This document shows, one piece after another, positions 8,570 to 16,905 of a stretch of 32,000 nucleotides of DNA. Positions within the stretch are counted from its first letter, which is position 1, and every line of letters begins with the position of its first letter. A model generated the notes under the pieces. The model did not search any database, was not told the DNA's origin, and was given only the letters and a program-made list of their open reading frames with translations. The position numbers and the translations under genes were made by a program. Origin of the DNA: Synechococcus sp. A15-28 (GTDB lineage Bacteria > Cyanobacteriota > Cyanobacteriia > PCC-6307 > Cyanobiaceae); the NCBI RefSeq assembly GCF_014280175.1, contig NZ_CP047931.1, positions 2,280,001-2,312,000 of the forward strand. The letters run 5' to 3'.

Positions 8570-9502
8570 ATGCTAGGGTTAAAAGGTATAACAAAGAAAG
8601 TATCGAACTTAAATCAGATGGAGAATCTATATCACATTAGAGAAAGATTCTCAATTATTCATAATAATAAGATAATAGGAATACAGATGAAATGGGAAGG
8701 TAAAAGAGAAAAGTCTCCGATGCTAATGCTTCCGGCCTTAAGTACAATTTTAAATAGCGATGAATGGCAACATTTTAAAGCAATAGTGACAGATAAATAC
8801 CAATTAATAACAATCGATTGGCCTGGATTCGGCGAAAGTGATAAAATAGATATACACTACAGTGGAACAGTATTACAAGAAACACTAAAAAAGGCTATCA
8901 AAGTAATACAGAGTAAAAATTACAGAAAGCTAACTATAATTGCAGCTGGTCATAGTGCCTCAGTTGTACTTACACTAAAAGACAAATACATCAATACGAT
9001 AAAACAAATTGTGCTAATTCCACCAACATGGAGAGGTCCACTTCCAAGTATGACAGGATGGTCACCTAAGAGGCTAAATATCATAAATGAAATAGTAAGG
9101 CTTCCTATCATTGGTCCAATGCTATACTTCATAAATACAACAAAAGTAATTATAAGATTTATGATGAAAAGGCATGTATGGCTAAATAAGAATGACCTTG
9201 ATAATGATAAAATACGAAAACTTCAGGTATTATCTCGACAGAAGGGAGCACGATACGCAAGCGCAGCATTCGTAACAGGGAGATTAGATATAGATAATAA
9301 TAACAAGTGGTGGATATCAAACACAAATATAGTTAAAGAAATGTCTACTCTTGTTATACCGAAGGATTCACCAAAAAGATCATTATCAGAGATGGAAGCA
9401 CTCTCAGAGAGCATTAAAGATGTTTTATACATTAGAAGTAGGCTAGGATGCACGAAGAATTCGGAGAAGAAATCGCGAAGAGATTATTCTACTAAATTGT
9501 AA
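8570..9502 (+). CDS. alpha/beta-hydrolase fold protein, C-terminus possibly frameshifted
   Basis: DWPGFGESD and the nucleophile-elbow-like AAGHSAS are present. The last ~18 residues (GCTKNSEKKSRRDYSTKL) look non-native, while the adjacent frame at 9448-9495 encodes MHEEFGEEIAKRLFY*. Confidence 0.65.
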   Translation: MLGLKGITKKVSNLNQMENLYHIRERFSIIHNNKIIGIQMKWEGKREKSPMLMLPALSTILNSDEWQHFKAIVTDKYQLITIDWPGFGESDKIDIHYSGTVLQETLKKAIKVIQSKNYRKLTIIAAGHSASVVLTLKDKYINTIKQIVLIPPTWRGPLPSMTGWSPKRLNIINEIVRLPIIGPMLYFINTTKVIIRFMMKRHVWLNKNDLDNDKIRKLQVLSRQKGARYASAAFVTGRLDIDNNNKWWISNTNIVKEMSTLVIPKDSPKRSLSEMEALSESIKDVLYIRSRLGCTKNSEKKSRRDYSTKL

Positions 9503-10359
9503 GCACGAGAAAATATCAAGGAAAAAAGGAAGGCAAAGAATTGAAAGATTACAATTGAAGGACCTGAAGGTAGATTAAAGAAACCTGATAAGATAAGCCC
9601 AAACAGAGCACACATACCACCCAGTACCATAGAAAAAACAATATAAGAACTAAACTTACGCGAAATTAGTCTACCAGCGCATGCAGGTATTACAACGAAA
9701 GCACTTATAAGCAATACACCAACAGACTTAATTGAAACAGATACAACAATACCCAATAAAATGATGAAAGCAAGTTTGTGGAATCTTGTGTTAATACCAA
9801 TAGAGCCAGCCAAATCCTCATTAAGAGTTAAAAGAACATGAGAACGAAGACTAAAGACAAGGTAGATAATAGAAACAATAAAAAGGATCAATGTAATATA
9901 TATATCTGATGCTGTAATACCAAGAATATCTCCAAAAAGCAACTGCTTAATGCTACCACTATAAGAGTTGATTTTACTTAAGGCAAGAACAGCTGCTGCT
10001 AGAGAGCTAGAATATACGATATTCAATAGTGCGTCGGTAGGCAAAGAACTGCGCTCAACTAGATTATTTACAAGAAATGCAAATATAATGGCAAAAGGAA
10101 TAAGAACAAAAGTAGGATTCACATTTAAAAGGATACCTAGAGTTATACCGAGCAAGGCAGAATGCCCTAATGCATCACTAAAAAAAGCAAGTTGTCGGAG
10201 TACAGCAAAAGAACCTATAAGCCCTCCTAAAGAACCAGTTAAAAAGCCACCAATTAATGCGCGGTGAATAAATGGCTCATCAAATAACTCAAAAAAAGTT
10301 GATAAATCACCCACGACATTGATGCTGATAAGAAACAATATTGGGCCCATAGAGGACAC
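9484..10359 (-). CDS. znuB: metal (Zn/Mn-type) ABC transporter permease, ZnuB-like
   Basis: 291 aa and polytopic. ABC-3 family features include FIHRALIGGFLTGSLGGLIGSFAVLRQLAFFSDALGHSALLG. The start is uncertain because the ORF overlaps the znuC 3' end by about 50 nt. The 3' end overlaps the convergent hydrolase by 19 nt. Confidence 0.85.
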   Translation of the reverse strand: MSSMGPILFLISINVVGDLSTFFELFDEPFIHRALIGGFLTGSLGGLIGSFAVLRQLAFFSDALGHSALLGITLGILLNVNPTFVLIPFAIIFAFLVNNLVERSSLPTDALLNIVYSSSLAAAVLALSKINSYSGSIKQLLFGDILGITASDIYITLILFIVSIIYLVFSLRSHVLLTLNEDLAGSIGINTRFHKLAFIILLGIVVSVSIKSVGVLLISAFVVIPACAGRLISRKFSSYIVFSMVLGGMCALFGLILSGFFNLPSGPSIVIFQFFAFLFSLIFSRAYNLVE

Positions 10360-11074
10360 TTAATCTTTCGGAAGTCAATGCAAGATTAGGTACACCTCGG
10401 CAGCACAAACGTCTATTTAAACCAAGTACTTGATCGCTACTACGGAGAACCATATCAATATCGTGAGATATATGGAGGACAGTCCAACCTTCCTGCCGAC
10501 GCAATTCAAATAACATTTTTTGAAAACGTTGAGTTGAAGGTATATCTAGACCAGCCTGAACTTCGTCCAAAACAAGAAGATCCCTCGGACGTACGATACA
10601 AAATGCAAGCATAACTCGCTTCAGTTCACCGCCAGAAAGTTCAGTAAGAAGACGTCGTCTTAAATTAAAAGTATCGGTTCTTTCCAAAGATCGATGAACT
10701 AAAATCTTAGTACGGGGGTCCCGCATGCGTAGAAAGGAGGAACTATTACTAAGTCCAAGTTGCACGAACTCAAATACGGAGAGAGGAAACTGACCCTGAA
10801 AAGAAAAATTCTGTGGAATATAAGAAATTCGCTCGCGTATGGATTTCGGTAGATACCCAGCTTTATTCATTTTGGTGCCCATAATATTGATGTCACCTGA
10901 GACGCGCGGAATAAGACCCAACAAGGAGGCAACTAAGGAACTTTTACCAGCACCATTAGGGCCAACTAAAGCTGTATCACTTTCAGCTAATAATTCAAAA
11001 GAAACATCATCTACAACAACATTGGCACCCCTTCTTACAGTAAGATTCTTAACAGAAGCAATTGGATATGACAT
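10307..11074 (-). CDS. znuC: metal ABC transporter ATP-binding protein, ZnuC-like
   Basis: Walker A is GPNGAGKSSL, the ABC signature is LSGGELKRV and Walker B is LLVLDEVQAGLD. 255 aa. It lies 3 nt downstream of znuA. Confidence 0.9.
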   Translation of the reverse strand: MSYPIASVKNLTVRRGANVVVDDVSFELLAESDTALVGPNGAGKSSLVASLLGLIPRVSGDINIMGTKMNKAGYLPKSIRERISYIPQNFSFQGQFPLSVFEFVQLGLSNSSSFLRMRDPRTKILVHRSLERTDTFNLRRRLLTELSGGELKRVMLAFCIVRPRDLLVLDEVQAGLDIPSTQRFQKMLFELRRQEGWTVLHISHDIDMVLRSSDQVLGLNRRLCCRGVPNLALTSERLSVLYGPNIVSYQHQCRG

Positions 11075-11077
11075 AGT

Positions 11078-11989
11078 TTAACCACCAAGAGAGAGAAGAA
11101 GATTGGACAAGTTATCCCGCATAAGATCAAAATAGAGAGACTCGTCATACACAAAATCCTGTGAAATAGTTTCAATAGGATTGAATAGTGCTATTTTAAT
11201 ATTAAGATCACGTGCCAACGAATTGAAAGAATTGCTTCCATCTTGAGGCTCAGTTAAAAGAGCCTTTAAATCGGAATCTCGAACAAGATTCGAAACTCGC
11301 TGTAAATCAGCAGGGCTTGGATTGATATCTGGCAGATCAACTAAGTATTCAGCTTTTAATTGATATCGTTCAGCAAAATATGGTGCAAAGTCATGATAAG
11401 CGATAAATGATTTGCCCTGATAAGGCTCCAACTTGGATAAAATTTCAGCATGCAATGCGAGCAAGTTATCCACATAAGCTAAGGCATTTGAAGTATAGAC
11501 CTCACTACAAGCAGGGTTTAAATCCACAAGAGCATCTTTAATAGTCTCTACCTGGCTAATAGCACGTATAGGATCTAGCCATATATGAGGATTAGGATCA
11601 GAATAAGAATCCGCGTTAGAGATATCAGTAGAAATAGTCTTGATGCCAACACTAGTGTCAACAACGGATAATGTTGTACTCGCTGCTGAAGAGATTAGCC
11701 TGTCTAAAAAATTCTCCATTCCCAAGCCATTAATAAAAAATACATCAGCCTTGCCAATAGATAGGATGTCCTTAGGGGTTGATTGAAAATCGTGTGGTCC
11801 AATATTTGTGGGGATTAAAGCTTTGACATCTCCGCATTCACCGGCTACTGCCCTTGCAAATAGTGTTATCGGAAGGAATGAGGTCATAATGGAAATCTTT
11901 TTAGACCCCTCAGGAGGCGTTGTGAGGGAGCCGCAAGAAACCAAAAAGATGGATGCTAGCGAGCAACTAACCCATTTAGTGAAGCGCAT
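11078..11989 (-). CDS. znuA: periplasmic metal-binding lipoprotein, ZnuA/TroA (cluster A-I) family
   Basis: Lipoprotein signal with lipobox (SIFLVSC|GS). Metal-ligand His contexts are GPHDFQ, NPHIWLDP and AYHDFAPYF. No His-rich loop is visible, so the Zn versus Mn call rests mainly on the COG0523 neighbour. Confidence 0.8.
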   Translation of the reverse strand: MRFTKWVSCSLASIFLVSCGSLTTPPEGSKKISIMTSFLPITLFARAVAGECGDVKALIPTNIGPHDFQSTPKDILSIGKADVFFINGLGMENFLDRLISSAASTTLSVVDTSVGIKTISTDISNADSYSDPNPHIWLDPIRAISQVETIKDALVDLNPACSEVYTSNALAYVDNLLALHAEILSKLEPYQGKSFIAYHDFAPYFAERYQLKAEYLVDLPDINPSPADLQRVSNLVRDSDLKALLTEPQDGSNSFNSLARDLNIKIALFNPIETISQDFVYDESLYFDLMRDNLSNLLLSLGG

Positions 11990-12019
11990 CTAGTAGGAGA
12001 AGCGAAGTCAAATACGATA

Positions 12020-12058
12020 CGAAAAAACAAAGATCTTTATGAATCACCGAAAAAACAA
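12020..12058. repeat. two direct copies of CGAAAAAACAA in the znuA / COG0523 divergent intergenic region
   Basis: The identical 11-mer occurs at 12020-12030 and 12048-12058, 28 nt apart start to start. It is A-tract rich, and its function is unknown. Confidence 0.9.
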
Positions 12059-12109
12059 GGCGATATAAGCTGCCCGGGATTAGTATAGTTGTTGAGCATC
12101 CATCTAGTA

Positions 12110-13492
12110 ATGAAAGAAAAGCGCAAGGTTCCTGTCACCATACTTACTGGCTACCTTGGGGCAGGGAAAACCACACTTTTAAACAAGATCTTGAGAGAAG
12201 AGCACGGAAAAAAAATTGCAGTCATAGAGAACGAATACGGCGAGGTTGGAATTGATCAAGGACTCGTCATTAACGCAGACGAAGAGGTCTTTGAAATGTC
12301 TAATGGTTGCATTTGTTGCACGGTAAGAGGTGATCTGATAAGAGTCCTAGGCAATCTAATGAAACGTAGGGACAAATTTGATTACGTTTTAGTTGAAACG
12401 ACAGGTCTCGCTGACCCAGGGCCGGTAGCACAAACTTTTTTTATGGATGATGAAGTTAGAGATGAATTTACTCTTGATGGAATAGTGACGTTAGTAGATT
12501 CTGCACACATTAATCAACAATTGGAACATAGCACTGAAAGTGCAGAGCAGGTCGCCTTCGCGGACGTACTCATACTCAATAAAACTGACTTAGTTTCCAA
12601 AAACGAAGTCAATGTACTTGAATCACGCCTTCGAGATATGAACAAAATGGCCCGTATACTGCGTGCAAAAGAAGCCGGGGTCGATGTTGAAGATGTCTTG
12701 AATCTTGGTGCATTTGATCTCCAGCAAACATTAGATAGACGTCCGACATTTCTCGAACCTGAATATCCGTTTGAGTGGACCGGAGTATATGAACTTAAGA
12801 AAGGAAACTACAGGCTTTATTTTGATGATGGACCTGATCCAACAATGCTAATAACAGCAATAAAATGTGACAGTTCAAATGAAAAAGATCTTGATGAATA
12901 CGCCGAAGATTGTGTAAGAATATTTTCAAAAGAACCTAAAAAACTTTTACCAGGTGAAGCAATAAGCTTTAACGAGGTTATTGAATTACAATTACAAGAT
13001 GCTGGTCAAAAGCTCTTTGAATTATATATAGACAATAAATCAACTATAGGTCTCTTCACCCAACATACGGCAGAAGAATTTAATATAAGACTAGATGAAA
13101 ATAAAGATGATCAGCCCAGAGATAAGGAATTTAGGGATATAACTAAGGGGATCGATACAAGGATCGAAAGAATATGGGTAGCAGAACACGAACATGACGA
13201 TGAAGTTGGATCTATTGCCCTAGAAAGCCTTGGCAACATTAATCCAGATAAATTAAACGATTGGATTTCAAAACTTCTCCGAGAAAAAGGAGTAGATATA
13301 TTTAGAACCAAAGGGTTTATCAGCTACGCTGAAGAATCTAGAAAAATTGTATTTCAAGGGGTCCATATGTTATTTACTGCAGAACCTGGAAGCGAATGGG
13401 GAAACGAGCCCAGGAAGAATCAACTTGTATTCATAGGCCGAAATTTAGACGAGGATGCATTAAGGACTGAGTTTCAAAAATGTCTAGCATGA
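12110..13492 (+). CDS. COG0523-family (CobW/YjiA/ZigA-like) G3E GTPase, putative zinc metallochaperone
   Basis: P-loop GYLGAGKTTLLN, the CxCC metal motif GCICCTV, ETTGLADP and NKTDL are present. There is a His/acidic patch AEHEHDDE and a CobW_C-like tail (DIFRTKGF...VFQGVH...LVFIGRNLD). I prefer the ATG at 12110 over the TTG at 12089. Confidence 0.9.
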   Translation: MKEKRKVPVTILTGYLGAGKTTLLNKILREEHGKKIAVIENEYGEVGIDQGLVINADEEVFEMSNGCICCTVRGDLIRVLGNLMKRRDKFDYVLVETTGLADPGPVAQTFFMDDEVRDEFTLDGIVTLVDSAHINQQLEHSTESAEQVAFADVLILNKTDLVSKNEVNVLESRLRDMNKMARILRAKEAGVDVEDVLNLGAFDLQQTLDRRPTFLEPEYPFEWTGVYELKKGNYRLYFDDGPDPTMLITAIKCDSSNEKDLDEYAEDCVRIFSKEPKKLLPGEAISFNEVIELQLQDAGQKLFELYIDNKSTIGLFTQHTAEEFNIRLDENKDDQPRDKEFRDITKGIDTRIERIWVAEHEHDDEVGSIALESLGNINPDKLNDWISKLLREKGVDIFRTKGFISYAEESRKIVFQGVHMLFTAEPGSEWGNEPRKNQLVFIGRNLDEDALRTEFQKCLA

Positions 13493-14547
13493 AAAGATCT
13501 AACAGCATTTTTCAAGGTGGATGGTACAGTGAAATTAATGAATACGTAATAGCTTGTGACTGGGCACTCGAAAATAAGAATATTATTGCTGCAGATATAA
13601 CAGGCAATATTTACTCTTTTGATGCAAAAACAGGGAAGTTACTATACATGCAAAAAGACACTCACAACAAATCACTCTTAGATCTAGCAGTAAATCCCAA
13701 TGGAAGCATATATGCAACTTGTGGCCAAAACGGCAAGGTTGATATTAATGCGGCTTCTGATGGAAGCTTACTAAGTTCAAGCTCATTAGGCAATGATTGG
13801 ATTGATAATATACAATGGACAAATAACGGAAGATTATTAGCCGGTAGCATTGGAAAGTTCGTACATGTGATTGATTCGTCAGGAAATCAATTATGGCGTT
13901 CCGATGAACTGACAAGTACTGTGTCAGCAATTTATTGGTCAAACAATAGCGAATTAGCGATATCAAGCTACGGTCAAGTGATTATTTATGATGTGAAAAC
14001 CAATAAAGTTTGTCAAAGATTTGAGTGGAAGGGATCTCTTATATCATTGGCATTGAGCCCCAACGGGGAGATTGTAGCTTGTGGGAGTCAAGACAATTCA
14101 GTACATTTTTGGCGACGAACTAATGGTAAAGATGCAGAAATGACTGGCTATCCTGGCAAACCTAAAGATATTGTGTTTGATATTACGGGTCAATATTTAG
14201 CTACAGGGGGAAGCCCCCAAGTTACAGTATGGAACTTTAAAAATAAGGGTCCTGAGGGAACAATTCCGGGGCAACTTATACTTCATAATGAGCCTATAAG
14301 TTGCCTAAGCTTTGCCAACAGTAGCTCGTTATTAGCATCTGGTGCAAAAGATGGGTCAATTGCAATTTGGAAATTAGATAAAAATGGAGATGGTGAGCCC
14401 ATTGACAAGATATCCATCAACTCGACGCCGACACGACTAAGATGGAAAAAAGATGATAATGCCTTTTTAGCTGCTAGCGACTCGGGGAAATTATTCTGCT
14501 GGGATATACCGTCTAAAAATGGAGAAGGATTCGGATTCAAAAAGTAA
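13480..14547 (+). CDS. WD40-repeat beta-propeller protein
   Basis: 355 aa with repeated WD-like units (GSQDNSVHFWR, GAKDGSIAIWK, ASDSGKLFCWD, GGSPQVTVWN). The start at 13480 overlaps the COG0523 gene by 13 nt. The alternative ATG at 13489 forms an ATGA overlap with its stop. Confidence 0.85.
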   Translation: MSSMKRSNSIFQGGWYSEINEYVIACDWALENKNIIAADITGNIYSFDAKTGKLLYMQKDTHNKSLLDLAVNPNGSIYATCGQNGKVDINAASDGSLLSSSSLGNDWIDNIQWTNNGRLLAGSIGKFVHVIDSSGNQLWRSDELTSTVSAIYWSNNSELAISSYGQVIIYDVKTNKVCQRFEWKGSLISLALSPNGEIVACGSQDNSVHFWRRTNGKDAEMTGYPGKPKDIVFDITGQYLATGGSPQVTVWNFKNKGPEGTIPGQLILHNEPISCLSFANSSSLLASGAKDGSIAIWKLDKNGDGEPIDKISINSTPTRLRWKKDDNAFLAASDSGKLFCWDIPSKNGEGFGFKK

Positions 14548-14887
14548 ATATATAACCGTTCGATATAATCCTTGAGGATCAGAGGAAAGTTGATTAAGAA
14601 ATTAAAAACTAATTCAAATGCGACTGGCCGGACTGTACAATGGTGTAAATCAATACAATACAAGTTATGTATCAAACTCAATGGCTGGCTTCCGTCACTG
14701 ACTCACTGCGGAAGCGTTATCTAAAGTCTCAAAAAGAAAATGACAAAAAAGCAACTACAGAATTGTTTAAGGAAGCGGTTTACTTAGGTATTAACATACG
14801 CAATTTTGATTAAGATTTTTAATGGGCCGACAATAGAGTCCTTTATAATAACATGTATGTTTATAATATAGAAACAACCATAGCCCA

Positions 14888-15217
14888 TTGCTAATGAATG
14901 AAGAATCAGCAAAAAGTAACGAAGACCAAGATATTTTTTCACAATTAATGAAAGAAGTAAGTACTCTTGCTTTATTAAAAGAATCAGGTGCAAGTATTAT
15001 TCAAGGAAAGATTTTAATAATTATCGTTGGAATTGAAAAGGATGGAGAATTGTTAAAGGGCAAAGAGATACAACCTAAACATTGCAATATAAGCAATGAA
15101 GAAGAATTCCAAGAATTTATTAAAGGTAATTACAAAAATGTTGATACGTTATATGTAAGATACTTTAGACCCGGAGACATAGAATTAAGTGAAATTACGA
15201 AATACATAATAAAATAA
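14888..15217 (+). CDS. hypothetical protein
   Basis: A 109-codon ORF in DNA of about 30% GC, where stop codons are frequent, so its length alone argues for coding. I recognise no family. It is convergent with cynD. Confidence 0.4.
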   Translation: MLMNEESAKSNEDQDIFSQLMKEVSTLALLKESGASIIQGKILIIIVGIEKDGELLKGKEIQPKHCNISNEEEFQEFIKGNYKNVDTLYVRYFRPGDIELSEITKYIIK

Positions 15218-15257
15218 AAGAGCTACTTTAGGCAAGTTAAATAAACACAAAGTGTAA

Positions 15258-16124
15258 CTAAGAAGACTCTTCAACTGCTCTTGTTTCGCGAAGGAGATGA
15301 TCCTCAAGTTGGAGTTTGATATCAATGAAGAGAGAATCTTTTTCTATAATATTACGGATTCTGGGCCTTGGCAAAGGGACATCTATAATATCTGCAATAT
15401 TTGCAGATGGTCCACTAGACATAAGTACAATTTTGTCAGACATTAACAATGCTTCTTCAATACTATGTGTAATTAAAAGTGCTGTAACTCTATTTTTCTC
15501 CCATATTTTTAACACTTCTTCTTGCAAATAGGACCTTGTAAGGGCATCAAGGGCTCCAAAAGGCTCGTCCATAAGTAACATAGACGGATTAATAGACAAA
15601 GCTCGTGCAATAGCAACTCTCTGCTTCATACCACCTGAAATTTGCTTTGGAAACTTGTTCATTGAGCGTTCTAACCCAACCATATTCAAAAAGTATCTGG
15701 CTTTTTCACGCCTCTGTGAGGTACTTAGTTCTGGACAGGCCGTCTCCAAGGCATATTCGATGTTGCCTGCGGCGCTTAGCCAGGGCATAAGTGCGTAGTT
15801 CTGAAAAATTATACCTCTGTCTGGACCAGGGCCAACCAGTGGCTTGCCTTCGATGAAAATTTCACCAGACGTGAAATCATCTAATCCTGCTAAAAGATTC
15901 AAAAGCGTTGATTTACCACAACCCGAAGGGCCAATCAAAGAGACAAAAGTGTTCTTTTTAATATCGAGATTTATACCTTCAAGAGCAATATAGTTCTCAG
16001 TTTTTTTGTTAAAAAGAGAAGGTCGAGAAATTGGGAAAACTTTTCTTAGATTTACAATTTCAACATGAGATTCATGTTCCTTGTAAGAAATGGAATCAGC
16101 TGAACTTGAACCAGATTTAGTCAT
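15258..16124 (-). CDS. cynD: cyanate/nitrate/sulfonate-type ABC transporter ATP-binding protein (CynD-like)
   Basis: Walker A is GPSGCGKSTLLN, the signature is ISGGMKQRVAIARAL and Walker B is LLMDEPFGALD. The start forms an ATGA overlap with the cynB stop. Confidence 0.85.
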   Translation of the reverse strand: MTKSGSSSADSISYKEHESHVEIVNLRKVFPISRPSLFNKKTENYIALEGINLDIKKNTFVSLIGPSGCGKSTLLNLLAGLDDFTSGEIFIEGKPLVGPGPDRGIIFQNYALMPWLSAAGNIEYALETACPELSTSQRREKARYFLNMVGLERSMNKFPKQISGGMKQRVAIARALSINPSMLLMDEPFGALDALTRSYLQEEVLKIWEKNRVTALLITHSIEEALLMSDKIVLMSSGPSANIADIIDVPLPRPRIRNIIEKDSLFIDIKLQLEDHLLRETRAVEESS

Positions 16125-16900
16125 GAATCGTAATTGAATCGAAGTTGCAAAATCTCAAAGATTTGATCCAGTACATAACCAGTTATTCCTATGATTATAA
16201 TTGCTACAAATATGTTAGCTACATATAAATTGTTCCATTCATTCCATATAAAATATCCGATACCCGTGCCTAGAAGCATTTCAGCAGCCACTATTACAAG
16301 CCATGCTGTACCCATTGAAATTCTCATGCCAGCTAAAATATTTGGCATTACTGCAGGTAAGATGACTTTGGTAATGGTATTAGTTTTGGAAGCACCTAAT
16401 GACTTTGCAACTTTTAAGACATCAGAATCTACGGATTGAACACCAATTGCGGTATTAATTAAAGTCGGCCAGATGCTTGTAATAAAAATGACAAAAATAC
16501 CGGTAACTTCTGAATTTCTAAATACGAATAAGCCAATGGGCAGCCAGGCAAGCGGTGAGACCGGTTTAAGTAGTTGTACATAAGGATCAACAGAAGACTT
16601 AACGGTTTTGGAAACACCAACAAAGAGACCGACTGGAATTGCAACAACCATTGCAAGTGTATAACCAATTAGGACTCTTCTTAAGCTTATAAGTAAATTA
16701 AAACCAATACCTAAATCGTTAGGACCGTTATCAAAAAATGGATCTGATATCCACCATATTAATTCCTGAAATGTCTTTAAAGCCCCTGGAAAATTAGGAA
16801 TTAAATTGGCACTGGCTATAATTTCCCAGACAACGCAAAAAGAAAGGAGACTAGATCCTGAGATCAGTAACGATCTCAGGATTGTTGACTTTGTAGACAT
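16121..16900 (-). CDS. cynB: cyanate/nitrate-type ABC transporter permease (CynB-like)
   Basis: 259 aa and polytopic, with a BPD-type permease core (SVDSDVLKVAKSLGASKTNTITKVILPAVMPNILAGMRISMGTAW). Confidence 0.85.
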   Translation of the reverse strand: MSTKSTILRSLLISGSSLLSFCVVWEIIASANLIPNFPGALKTFQELIWWISDPFFDNGPNDLGIGFNLLISLRRVLIGYTLAMVVAIPVGLFVGVSKTVKSSVDPYVQLLKPVSPLAWLPIGLFVFRNSEVTGIFVIFITSIWPTLINTAIGVQSVDSDVLKVAKSLGASKTNTITKVILPAVMPNILAGMRISMGTAWLVIVAAEMLLGTGIGYFIWNEWNNLYVANIFVAIIIIGITGYVLDQIFEILQLRFNYDS

Positions 16901-16905
16901 ACAGT

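Noticed and set aside
14283-14681. 132-aa minus-strand ORF
   Set aside because: Two-thirds of it is antisense to the WD40 gene 3' end, and only about 44 codons lie outside that gene.
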